A stretch of 63,398 nucleotides of DNA, the filler included, from Sphacelaria rigidula (Eukaryota): NCBI GenBank assembly GCA_964200075.2. It is 8 parts of 8 records of this genome, joined end to end, with 100 filler letters (N's around TTAATTAATTAA, not from the genome) between each part and the next. Parts side by side here need not be neighbours in the genome. Positions count along the whole stretch, not along the records: positions 31,752 to 39,588 come from CAXNAA020013299.1; positions 39,689 to 47,525 come from CAXNAA020013300.1; positions 47,626 to 55,462 come from CAXNAA020013301.1; 5 more parts are not named here. One strand, given 5' to 3'. The position numbers and the translations under genes are program-made. The notes beneath the pieces are model-generated. The model searched no databases. It saw only the letters and a program-made list of their open reading frames with translations, and was not told the DNA's origin. Each line of letters begins with the position of its first letter. The stretch's first letter is position 1. Positions 38,231-50,600 of this stretch are shown here, one piece after another.

Positions 38231-38544
38231 TCCACTGCTGGATCGACGTGTCAGTACATTCAACAAGCTACATGACAACGAAAATGCGCACAGCCGGCGG
38301 TTCGTGTAGTCAAGCCCTCTATCGAGAAGGGGGCATGGATGGGATAGAATTGGAGTTGTACTGCTACATGCCAAAAAAGATTGGGACCCGATGTCCCACG
38401 CTCCAAGTACGGGAGAGGTAAACGAGGAGCGGTGGTATAGATGGGGTGAGTTAACCGTCGTCGTTCGCATTCAAATCGAGTAATATCAACCATTCTAAAA
38501 CGTAGCCTAACGCCGGTGAACTCTACTGCAGGGCAATAGGGTTT

Positions 38545-39110
38545 ATCGGGGTTGAGGTACGTTATAGAATGGTTGGTATCCCTCAGTTTCAGTGTGAACA
38601 ACGAGAAGCGGAATTTTAGTGGAGCTGACAGCCCCGTGTGCTCCTCGCGTGCGTACAGAACGCGTTTTTCTTTGAAATCGGCGCCACAGGCGCTGATTTG
38701 GGGTATACCAAGGCCGCACTTTGCCGAGGGAATGTACGTTCCGCCCTTGCCCGAGGGTTCTCGGTGTGCGTTGGGTTTAGGTTAGCGTTAAGGATAGCGA
38801 TACTTGTCAAATTGTGTCAACCGTTCTAAAACGTATCCCAACGACGTTAAACTAGCCTTCGTCGAACGGCCGCCTTGTTAATAATCGAAAGTGACATCCC
38901 AGCCTATGTTCCAAATGGTGATGCAAGGCTTATGCCGCCTGATTACGAATATTTTACGTGCTCTACTTCGATTGAGAGATTTTGATATGGTCAACGTGAC
39001 CGTAGTAAACATTGTTTGAACAAATCAACCATGCTTTATCAACATCCACCCAATATGTGGAATCGTGAGATCCCCATGTCATGACGAAGTTATTCCGATC
39101 ATTACGTACA
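38545..39110 (+). repeat. Same repeat family, type A
   Basis: Colinear with ~39760-40290; first ~300 bp is inverted relative to 37920-38180. Confidence 0.8.
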
Positions 39111-39588
39111 GTGAGAGGATACCTTACCGGCTGGGTACCATTCCCAAGAATCGGGGTAATGGGATATGCAAGCAGCACATGCTGTTCTAAATTCCCTTAT
39201 TGCCCCAAGTGACACGTGAATCAGAGGGCAAAATGATGGGTTTTCAACAAATTCTTGTGCCTCTCGAATCTCATACGCCGAATACGATACAGTATGTGGG
39301 ACTTGCACAGCTGAGGCTGTTGGCAATAAGTTCCCTTTCTGCCCAATTTCTTGATGAATTGGCGGGCAAAAGAGGATTTATTTCGAGCAGCTTCTGCTGT
39401 ACAAATTACACTTCTGCCAGTGTATGGGATTTGTACAGCATGAAACAGAGGATTCTATAAAATGAGGTTCATCATTGAAATGAGGTTCGAGCCTAAAACA
39501 GTACTTTCTCCACACTTTCAGCGATGCTGCCCAATGACTTTTTTGTCGGACTAATGCCCCTCGATCGCGTCGATACTTTTTTAGCACA

Positions 39589-39688
39589 NNNNNNNNNNNN
39601 NNNNNNNNNNNNNNNNNNNNNNNNNNNNNNNNTTAATTAATTAANNNNNNNNNNNNNNNNNNNNNNNNNNNNNNNNNNNNNNNNNNNN
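39589..39688. other. Artificial contig linker
   Basis: N44-TTAATTAATTAA-N44. Confidence 0.97.
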
Positions 39689-39691
39689 GTT

Positions 39692-39758
39692 GGGAAAGCA
39701 CTGTTTTAGGCTTGAGCCTCATCTCGAAGTTAAACCTCAATTCGCACAATTTGTTGTT
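39692..39758 (+). repeat. 67-bp repeat, inverted copy at 47453-47519
   Basis: 66/67 identity by manual alignment. Confidence 0.9.
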
Positions 39759-39759
39759 A

Positions 39760-40290
39760 TTTCTCGATTCGAGTATGAACAACGAGAAGCCGCATTTTAG
39801 TGGGGCTGACAGCCCCGTGTGCTCCTCGCGCGCGTCCAGAACGCGTTTTTCGTTGAAATCGGCAATACAGACGCCGTGTTGAGGTTTACCAAGGCCGCAC
39901 TCTGCCTAGGGACTGTACGTTCCGCCCTTGCCCGGGGGTTCTCAGTGTGCGTTGGGTTGGGGTTAGGGTTAAGGGTAAGGGTAGCGATACTTGAAAAAAT
40001 GTGTCAACCATCCTAAAACGTGGCCGAACGATGGTTAACTAGCCTCCGTCGATCGGCCGCCTCGTTGATAATCGGAAGTGACATCCCAGCCTATGTTCCT
40101 AATGGTGATGCAAGGCTTGTGCCACCTGATTACGAATCTTTTACTACGTGCTCTAGTTTGAATTCGATATTTTGATATGGTCAATGTAATTGTAGTAAAC
40201 ATTGTTTGAACAAATCAACCATGCTTCATCGACAGCCACCCAATACTTTGAATCGTGAAACCCCCATGTCATGACGTAGTTATTCTGAAT
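39760..40290 (+). repeat. Telomere-like-tract repeat family, type A copy
   Basis: Colinear with 38545-39110; GGGTTGGGGTTAGGGTTAAGGGTAAGGG at ~39954-39981. Confidence 0.8.
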
Positions 40291-43095
40291 ATTATGTACA
40301 ATATAGATTGACCTGTGTCCAGGGCGCTTCCGATTTCGATTTATTTCGGTGTTTGTGATGTGACGTTGCGGTCTCGGATTTCGGCGGTGAAACCGGAGTG
40401 ATCTCGGCTGGGCCCTTCCACTGTAAAACGAAGGTCTGTCCCAAGGGTCTGTCAAAAATATATTCTGGGGCACGTAGGCCCCAAGATCGAAAATTCGAGT
40501 TTTTGAGGGAGGGGGGGGGAGGTAAGGGGGTGGGGAGACACCCAGCCTGCTGTCCCCTAGTGTACTGCCGAGGCGTTGGCGGATGCGGTCAGCTGGCGTG
40601 TACAGATATTCTTGTTATGGAGACCGCCGAGATGACGAACACACCGCCCCTCCGAGCCCATCACCCATCATGTCTACATTCATGGGACCATGTCCCGTGT
40701 CGTGTGCCTCGACTACCTACCACTGGTAGTCCGGGCAAATTTGGCGAGGCGTGATATAATGTTGCTACTTTGGCTACAGGCTGTCGCTACCATGCGCTCG
40801 TGTATTGTACATCGATGTTTGTGAGCGTTGCCGACATCCGAGGTCATCGGGACAGAGCGGGCAAGGAGCAGAAGCAAATATACGAAGCTCGTAAAACCCG
40901 CCAGACTTTTCGGTTTTTGTCATTTTTTGTTGATCAATTTCTTCCAACAATTTCAACAAAAATTGAAAAAAAACACACAAGAAAAATGACAAAACAAAAT
41001 GTCAAGAATCATGACAATTTTCGAAAAATTGCCCTCCGACAGGAGAGGGGAGGGGGGGGCGAGGAGGGGCTCCGTGTCCGTTTTTTCTCTCTCTACAGAC
41101 CATTGGTCTGCCCGTAACTCATATTGTATTTACAGGTGGTATCCATCTCCTTACGGTAGGTAGTGGAGGGACTGGTGGACTCATTTTAGTTTCAAAATGC
41201 CCAGGTATTATCATGTAAATGCCTTGGCTTGTGTCTCGTTCGAATCACGTGTTCATGCTAATAATCACAACTGCCTGCACTGCAGTATGGTTGCGTCCTT
41301 GCATTTCTTGACAAAAACTACGCTTCCCGCGCCTCGTACACAGTTCATGATTTCAGAGCATGTCGGTGGCATATCACGAATATCCGTTTTTGAACTGGTA
41401 CGGTATACTATTTGGTACAGCACGCAGCATCGGTAGTAGTACCAGATCGAAAAAAACTGGTTCGCCTCACCTCCAAGTGTAACAACGATGGACTCGCTGG
41501 CATTTACTTATGCGTTGTTCGGAACAAAGCGTGATAAAACATGAGGGGCAATACCGTGACGAGCTGCCGCAGGGGAGTACAACGCTGTAGTGCACAAGCG
41601 CGCTGGCACGATGTCGGCAACACGGAAAAAGCACGCGGCACGAGTAGCGCGCGTGCTACTAAAAAAAAGGCGCTTCGCGCGTTTAATTTAATCCAGTGCG
41701 TTTTATTCAGGTCAATGCAGAGGGGGGTTATCCTATGGGCGTTGAGCCAACACTGCGTACCAACCGCGGCGTGACGTGTTCGGCGGTACCACCTGCTCAC
41801 TGCACAGCGGCGTGGTGCAGGGTGACAACGCACATCGCAGGACATGAGACCCTTAGTCTATCCCTGTCCTGCATTGATTTCGCGTCGTCCTATGCAGTTC
41901 GCCACATCATGAATTCAGCCGCTTGTACCTGCGGCCAACGTGTACGCAGGATATTACGCCTCGCTACAGGCTATGTTGCTACGTCACATTTTGTAAAGCT
42001 GTCCGTGTTGCAGCTACAGCGTGCGTTTGCCCCAGGTGGCTTACGCAGGAGTGAAAGACCGCCTCCGCCGCTGTAATGGCTGCCTGTATCTTGGGCAAAC
42101 CTGTATGGTAACACAGCCGTAGCTGGTGCGCCCACATATACCGAAAGGTGGAGACCGGCGTCCAGAATTGATGGGACGACAACACGCTGACTTTGGGCAA
42201 TACACTTCCAAAAAAGTGTGCGTACGGACTGTAAAAGTCTTCTGTCCACGGTTGGGTACATTCCCATATCAGATAAATATCATCCTTCCTTGTAAATGGG
42301 CACCAAACGCTGGGCGTTCTCACTCAAGTCTCCGATTTGGAGGATGATACCAGGTAGGCAGCGGTAACTGCTGTGTGTCCAGGTGCTCTTTGGAGCAGGA
42401 TGCGTTTGGTGTCTGTTTGACGAAGTTATCCCCAAAAAACCGAAATCGATAGGGGTTTTAGACTGGAAAGTCTAGCAAAACAAGTATCGCAAGAATCGGG
42501 TCGCAACAATCAGGCCGCAAGAACGGAGTCGCAAAAAACCGCCTAGTCGAATTTTGACCGGCAGCAGAAACCAACTTCACTTTGTGAAATTGGAATGAGC
42601 GGATATCCTACCGGTCGGGTACCATTCGCAAGAATCGAACGCTCACCATCGTCAGTTTTTCTTTTCAAAGAAGAACATCTTGCGCTCGGGACCCCAAGGA
42701 TTGAATTTTCATCGGTTTTGATTTTTTTCCGAGCCGTCGTTGCGCTATATATTACAAAATGGCTGCACACATAAACGGCATGTCGTTGCCAGGTGGCTGG
42801 TGCAGGTGTACGATGGTCGTCAGCATTATTTCGAATCTCAGACCAAGGAATGATTCGAGCCGGAACTTAACGATTGGGGCCTACATTACAGACTGCGAAG
42901 ATGTCAACAGTCTCATGCGATAACGAACTCGAACTACTGTGACCCACGACGTGTTGTGTTTTTTCTCGACATGAAAAAGCGAGACATCACACGCGAGTCA
43001 TCAACTGGCGCGTTAAGCCTTGATACTCTTTCGTCTCGGGCTCGTGAACCCTATTTTAGGGGCATCTGCTGACAACTTATTCTAGTAGCGTCTAC

Positions 43096-43965
43096 CGGCG
43101 TTGGGCTACGTTTTAGGTTGATATCACTTGATTTGCGTGTCAACCACGAGGATCGCAATTGTAGTGAGGCTGACAGTTCCGTGTGCTCCTCACGTGCACA
43201 GAATGCGTTTTCGTTGAAATCGGCGCCACAGGCGCCGATTTGGGGTCTACCAAGGACGCACTTTGCCGAGGAAATGTATGCTCCGCCGTTGCCCGAGGGC
43301 TCTCGGTATGCGTTGGGTTGGGTAAGGTTAGGCGTAGCGATACTTGTAAAATTGTGTCAACCATTCTAAAACGTAGCCTAACGACGGTTAACCCTTAGAC
43401 CGCGGTGCGGGTAGTCCATCTGGATCACGCATACTTTTCTCAAGTGAAAATCGATGCCGATTCAGCAGGTGACCTACCCTCGCGGTCTAAGGGAGGAGAC
43501 TCAAAGAAATGTTCGTAAGTAATGGTTGATGGGGAGCATCATGGAATGTTACAAACTAACACTAACACTAACACTAACCCTGACCCTGACCCGAGGCGCA
43601 CGACACTCCGGGGCGAGGAGGGTGCATAGGTTCCCCTAGGCAAAGTGTGCGTTGGCAGACTTCAAATCGTCGCGGCAGGCGCCGATTCCGACAAAAACAC
43701 GTTCCGGACGAGCTGGGTCCACTGCTCACCTGCCCGAAACCATATTTTTTTCAGAACTTCATCAAGTCTAAAATCGAGAAGTAATCGCTGTCAACCATTG
43801 TGTACGAACATTGTTTTAGGTCTACTGCTCTAAGGGTCAATTATTCTCTTATTATGCTACAAGTCAACGTGTCGTGTAACAATTTGAAAGGTGCATGTGA
43901 CCGCCGTTCGAATATATTGGTCGCTCTCAATCATATCTCCAACTCTCAATCTCACGAAAACATTG
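43096..43965 (+). repeat. Telomere-like-tract repeat family, type B copy, with a MITE A unit at 43392-43493
   Basis: Reverse-complement homologue of 37228-38230. Confidence 0.8.
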
Positions 43966-45027
43966 ATTGTAATAGTTTCGGAGTTGAACCTCATTTTCAT
44001 GTTCAAACCCATTTCTCAAGAGCTTGTGATACTAATAATGCGGCAAAGTATGCCCTCTGATGCGAATCCGAAACCTGGCGGGCGCTGAGGCGAGTCGCAG
44101 CTATCTCGAGAACCACCTTGCCGACGTGGGACCCGAGCGAGATGCCGCGGTGTTTGCCACATTTGTGGGGGTCGTTTGTTCTTGAACACCTTGATAACGT
44201 CTTTCCATTCCCGTGGCGCTAATTTCTGACACTACATTGTGAGCACGATGTTGTCGAGACACTTCGGTACAGCAGAACCCTAGGTGAGGCCTAGCTTCAG
44301 GAGTTCGCTACACAGCTTCTTAGTCTCAAGGTTCTAGCCGTTCGCCAGCTTGTGTACTCGTGTGCTTTCCTCAAAATATATTCGATCTGTAGAGATGGGA
44401 CTACAGGTTAAAAAATCACGGCGAAAGCACGGTAAACGCACGGTAAACGCAACGCATGACTGGATAACGTCAATTTGCTTCAAGCGATAGGATTTACGTG
44501 CGTTATTCGTTTTCACTTCCAGGAGGAAAAGTCGAGTGGCTCATATGGTGGCGCCACCTACCTGGGTTGGTGTGTTGTGTTGTTAGCGTCCAAAGTATTC
44601 GTGAGATCAGGAATGAATTGTCGTTCTCGGAACGGATCCGAAATCGAATTTAGGGCATATGGCCGCCGAACAATTTCAGGCAGGTTAATTAAAAACGTGT
44701 GCTTTTATTTCGTTGAAATTTTTCGAACAGAAGAGGGAGAGAATTTTTTTTTCCAGCGGTGACTGGGATTAGCGGCGATGCCAAATGAAGAGAGAGAGAG
44801 AGACATCGACTTTCTCTCTTCTTGTATCCTACACTACAGGCCTCTGCGTGCTGTCATCAGTCAGCATCGGGGCGTGGGGCACAAGGGCGGGCTGCTAGCA
44901 CAACATGTCCTGTACAACCAGAACAGCCCTGGGCGTATACAGGTAGATGTGCCCCGATTCATCCGTACCCCCCTACAACGTGCGCAATGACCTGCAGAGG
45001 TCGGGATCCCCAGTTATTATCATTGGG

Positions 45028-45107
45028 TGTTCAAGAAGCGAACAGTTTACCCATTGAACCAGTGAGCTCTCACTTGTTCAATGGGTAAACTGTTCGCTTC
45101 CTGGACA
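45028..45107. repeat. 80-bp near-perfect hairpin
   Basis: 39-bp arms 45028-45066 and 45069-45107, 3 mismatches, 2-nt loop. Confidence 0.9.
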
Positions 45108-45260
45108 ATATATATGGTGTGTGGTCCGTCCCGGCATGACACATCATCAGTGATCTCCAGAGCTTCTGCCCCTCACAGCCCTCACCGTTCACATGTCAAA
45201 TTTGTTTCTTCCAAAAATGGTCATGCCGGGACGGACTGAACACGGGGTACGCCTACTCCC

Positions 45261-45480
45261 TGTGACGCCAGCCAGTGGAAGCACTGCTGATTCACTGCTG
45301 TTGAGGGACTCCCCAGTCTTACTGGCCTCAGTTGCAGTTGTCAGCCTCTACAACATTCTCATTATTCAGGAGTACCCTCGTACACACAGCTTCTAGACAC
45401 GCCAGGGTATCAACCTAGTGTCCCCGGTTATTATCCAGATCATCACTACCAACTCAATATAACGGCGGTATTTCGTCACA
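45261..45480 (-). repeat. LTR (220 bp, TGTGACG...CGTCACA)
   Basis: Homologous to 35363-35620; lies just after the chromodomain stop. Confidence 0.88.
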
Positions 45481-47452
45481 GCACCCTCAAAGTGCGTTGG
45501 ACGAAAATCGATCAACAAGCTTGACATATAGAAAACGCCAAAACGACGAGTAAGTCACAACTGAATACCAAACTCATTCGAAATGCGAGCAGCAACGGCA
45601 CGAGTCGCGCGCAATTTACGCAACTCTTTCGTAAGAAATTCCGCGGCGGCCTCAAAAATATCCTTGAAAGGCTCCCACGTACGCTCCTCAACTTCGAAAC
45701 CAACCCAGTCGACCAACACGATCAACGAACGATCATCTGCTTCTGCCACTCGGACAATACCAGCCATTTGAAATTGCCCCTGATTGAAAGCATGCTGGAA
45801 CACGTCCTCAACGTCAGCCGTAAGATTAAGCTGCGAGTCTGCATAAAAACGCAAACGAGCTACATGGGCGGTCTGAATACGACCCGAAACAATGTTCTGG
45901 ATCTCAAACACGTGCGGGTGGTGAGCACCAACCACTCTACATGGACCAATCCAAGTCGCCATCAACTTGGGCGTAACACCCGGACGACGCACGCGTGCAT
46001 ATATAAGACATGGTCGCCTACCTCAAAATTCGTCAATTCCAACCCCGACGAGGACCCCTCACGTCTACGCGCACGTTCAGCGGCAACACGTTCCTGCACT
46101 TGAACGTGGAAACGTTCTTGTAAGTCCAAGACTCCTTGCAATGTACTCTTAATTTGAGCATCGTCCGAAACATCACACTTCCGTTCCCCCGCCGACGAAG
46201 ACGCCAGCACCGAGAAAGACGTCGGAGGGGCACGACCAAACATCACGTGGTACGACGTACTATCGTAACGACGACAATACGCTGTATTAAGCGCCCATTG
46301 CACCGCCGGCAACACGTCCACCCACTCGGAAACCGCTCTACGCTGCTCGAAAAGAATAGAGCGAAGATCACGAACTACTTCCTTGACCATGCGTTCGCAC
46401 GTACCGTTAGACCACGGAGGATACGCTACCGCAAACTGGTGATCAACGCGCGAAGCCTTTCGCAATCGGGCCAAGATCGCATTCTTGAAATGCGTGGCGG
46501 TATCATTCACCCACACACGCGGCACTCCCAAATTTTTGCACCAATTCAGCTAAGGTGCAACGGTCGATTCAGCAGTACAGACTGCTACTGATTCCAGAGC
46601 CACAAAGTTGCTCAAATCATCCATAATTACCAAAATATATCGAAGCCCAGCATCCTCCGACAAACCTTGGGAAGCTAGTGGGCCACTCTCGCCCACGTAC
46701 AAGGAGTCAAAATGAACGACTTCATTCGGCGTGGTCCCGTGGACCGTTTCGCCGAGCGGGCGGGGAACAACATCGCTCGCCCTCGAGTCAGCACAGTGAA
46801 GACACTGGCGGACAAATTTGCGCACATTAACTTCTATCCCCTGCCTGGCACGAAACTCTTGCAAGCGCACGAGCATCGCAGCGATAGCATGATGCCCGGC
46901 ATCGCGTATGTGCGCGTAAATCATCAGACGTACCTGCAACTGCTTGTCATAACTCGGAATCCACAAAACGTTTCGGCTACGCATATGCACACGAAACAGA
47001 CCTTCATTGTCCAAGATCGCAGTACCCACGTCCGACTCGAAAAATTGCACATCCGCATCTTCGGCCCCGAGGTCGTTTCGTTGCGCTTGGCGGACAACAG
47101 ATTTGGACGGCATCGAGTCATCAGGTTCACACGAACTATACACAGCCACAGCACGCACAGGCATTTGAATTTCAACTATAGGCACCTGCATGACCAAACT
47201 ACCCCAATGTCACTCATATGCCTCCGGAAACAAACACCTGACAATCAGGACGAGGATGGAACAGCGTCACGGCATGAGGCACCAGATCCTCCGCTGCCGC
47301 CCACGCCTGCAGCCTGCCCTCCGTCCAAGATGCAGTCTTCTTCGGAAACGCCATAATATCTGGACTGGACCACCCCGTCTGCAAATTTCGTAACACCAAC
47401 CCGAGCGCCAAAAGAACCACCATGCACAACGCCAACCAACTCGACTTCACTG
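45261..47452 (-). mobile_element. 3' half of a Ty3/gypsy chromovirus: RT connection, integrase, chromodomain, 3' LTR (decayed)
   Basis: Integrase HHCC (HIRDAGHH...RQCLHC), VVHFD, DDLSNF, GVPRVWVNDTATHF, PWSNGTCERMV, ATWIGP; chromodomain VLVDWVGFEVEERTWEP (45555-45992); purine tract GAGGG before the LTR. Confidence 0.92.
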
Positions 47453-47525
47453 AACAACAAATTGTGAGAATTGAGGTTTAACTTCGAGATGAGGCTCAAG
47501 CCTAAAACAGTGCTTTCCCCACACT

Positions 47526-47625
47526 NNNNNNNNNNNNNNNNNNNNNNNNNNNNNNNNNNNNNNNNNNNNTTAATTAATTAANNNNNNNNNNNNNNNNNNN
47601 NNNNNNNNNNNNNNNNNNNNNNNNN
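47526..47625. other. Artificial contig linker
   Basis: N44-TTAATTAATTAA-N44. Confidence 0.97.
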
Positions 47626-47650
47626 CACTGCGGAAAGACACTCGGCTGTC

Positions 47651-50600
47651 GTGGGAGACACATCGTCTCAAACGGAGATGCTGGAGGTGAAAGAGAATGT
47701 CGCCAGCTTGCAAGGATCGGTGACGGATATCACCGAGCAGCTGGCGGAGCTGGAGACGATGATGGTGTCCCAGTTAGTGCGCGGGACATCGTCCACTGGC
47801 CGCGGAGCGGCAGTGGACGAGGAGGGGGAGGCAGGCGACGGAAGGCACAGCGTCGCCGGTGCCGGAACAGGGAGGGTCCAGTCACCACTCGGTGCAGGGA
47901 TTGTATCAGGCCCTCTCCGAGGATCCACGGGCAATGGATCCGCCCATGTAAGTATGAACAAGGAATCCCCCGCTTACCACCCTCATCTAGGCGTGAAGAG
48001 TTGTTTCCGTGTTGATGAAAGATTCGATGAGAAGTTTGACAGGAAGGAGAAAAATTGGCCGTTGTTCCGTGATGATGATTCCCTGGCACAAGTTAGTGCC
48101 GCAGTTTTCATAAGCGCCTCACGTGAAAGACGAGAAATATGTCCGTATGACACAGGAAACTGGCCAGGACCCCCATGAAGTGGCAAGGGAAGTCGAAAAA
48201 GGAATGTACGAATTTACAAGGGACCTCGGGGGATACGGGGGATTCGAAACATGATGGGCGTGAAAAATGGTTCTGTAAAGGAGAGGTGGTGTTGGATTTG
48301 CCGGAAGCAAACAACACACTTCGCGCGTGACTGTCCGGAACGATACCGTATGAGATGCGGAAGGAAGGGACACTCTTATCAGGATTATAGTACAGAAGAA
48401 AACGAAGATACAGCGATGGCAGTAGGGTCGTCGGGTAGCAGCGATTCTTCAGTATGTTCGGAAGCGGGCGCAGAAGCCTTTTGAAAAATGATGGCATGAG
48501 ACCTATACATGACTCAAATACCCCTTTGTTTCTATGTTTTGAGTGTTCGTGGCCGTCATGCAGATGAGCGATTCATGTACCCAAGGAAAGGTTGTTGCCC
48601 AGGTGGATCGAGATAGTGGAATTCTCTGGAAAATGCTGAGATCATATTTTTGATATGGACACCGTAACTCAGTGTTGATGTTTGACGAATTTCTGGCTCG
48701 ATGAGTGCAGACCCACCTTGCGCGTTTGTTTGACTCGATTGATGAAAAGAAAATCGTCTGCCGTTTTTGTAAGTGTGAGGAGAGCGGGGCACCGCGACTT
48801 GACTTGACTGTGGAAGGGTGTCGGTAAGATTGCACAGAGTGAAGTGCGTGAAGAGTGTTGAGAACATGTTTTGACATGGATGCCGAATCTCAACGCTTAT
48901 GTGTAACATTGTTGCCACCCCGGTGAGCGCAGGACTGTGGGGCACCACACCCTGACTCGACCGGTTGAGGTGGAACCTTGTTCGTCGCCTTGGTGAGTAC
49001 AGGCACGTGGGGCACTGCTGTCTGACTAGACTAGAGGGTGATGTCGGTAAAATATTCCGCAGAGGGGTATGCGGATGAATGATGGTTGAGACCACAAAAT
49101 TTGAGGTGGGTTCCGAAACTCGACATCTAAGTGAAAAAGTTGTTATCATTCCGAGAGGTGTAGGATTCGCGAGGCATCGGCTTCTTGACTGGATCGGTTG
49201 ATGAAAATTTGTTATTATGGTAGGAGCAAGAACTGAGTGGCGCGCAATACTAGTAGCTTGGCCTGATCATGATAACATCGGAAGAGTGACTGTGGGCACA
49301 AACGAAATTCCTGTGCTACAGGTCAGCAAAACGTATATGACATATTTGATGGCTAATAGATAGAGCTGACTTTATGAGCGAGATGTGGTTCATGTGCACA
49401 GCATGACAAAACAAGAGTGCATTGTATCACCCATATGGGAGCTGGTCGTTGCTCGGTTGGCTAGCCAGGCGAATTCCGTACAGGTTTACACATGTTGGCC
49501 CGGCATGTAAAAGGCGAAGTGTACTGTTTCATGCAGCCAGGATGGTAGCGGCCTAACTGCCGTTTGATCCATGTGCTGTATGTGATGGAGAAGTGAAGAG
49601 TTGAAATAAATAGTGCCAAATCCGGGTATAATATGAGGGTGTGCGTTCGCGACTGCCGAAACGCGACACCACAGTACGGTACGTGGTAAAAGTATGTTCA
49701 TCGGTTGGTGATTGACGCGCCTGATTGACATGGATATTAATACTTTTCCTTTCTGTTCTCCCACTGCCCATTCCCCTCGGGTCTGCACGATATGTGAGAC
49801 GCTGAGCCTCCAAAAACCATTTTTGTCTGACACAGGTGCTGTCTGTGAGACTGAGACGAGCATGATGTGACGGTTGGTTTTGGAGGATGGTGACTGGCCA
49901 GGATCAGGATCAACCCTTCGCTGCGAATCTCCCCGCTATGGGGGAAGGATGATGAATGCAGCACGCCTTCCCCGTGGTCAAGAAGCGGGGGGGGGAAAGG
50001 CTTTGATAAGCAAGAATTGGGGGGGGGTTGATTCTGATCGTGTGTTTTGTCTGGAGGCGTTGAGCTACTTTGCTCCGCCGGTCACCGAGGGGGAATACGG
50101 GATTAAGTAAATGTAGTGAGTGTCTAGTTTGACTTGATGACGTAGGCACTACTGTAGTATGGATTGCAAAATTTGAATCTGAAATTTGATTCTTGTACTG
50201 TAGGTAGCTGACTGACCGTGAAGTGGATTTTGCAACATGTGATCCGAGTTACGAAAGTTGTCAACTGCAAATGTGTTGTGTGGGTTCTTATATGTTACGT
50301 AGGAGCTTGGTTTCGCGTGCGTAGTGCAGGTTACTCGAATGCTACGTACGACCACCCACGCTATTGTAAGGGGCATGGGCTAGTACAGTTGAAGAATTTG
50401 ACTTGCGTTTCGCTTGGATTGACCATCAGGAGCTACAGTGTGATGAAACACACAGCTCATCCACCCTTGTTTTTGTCTTGGTGTGAAACGAAATGTACCG
50501 ATGTATTTGATTCTTGGCTGGTCCCATAGTCGTTGAAAGAAGTAACGAGTTTCGGGATTTGCGGTTGTTTTACTGTTGCTGATGAAATTCATTTCTTGAG

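Noticed and set aside
37573..43398. Family of similar small ORFs (VQNAFFFEIGATGADLG...)
   Set aside because: They arise from a non-coding repeat; frames and stops differ between copies
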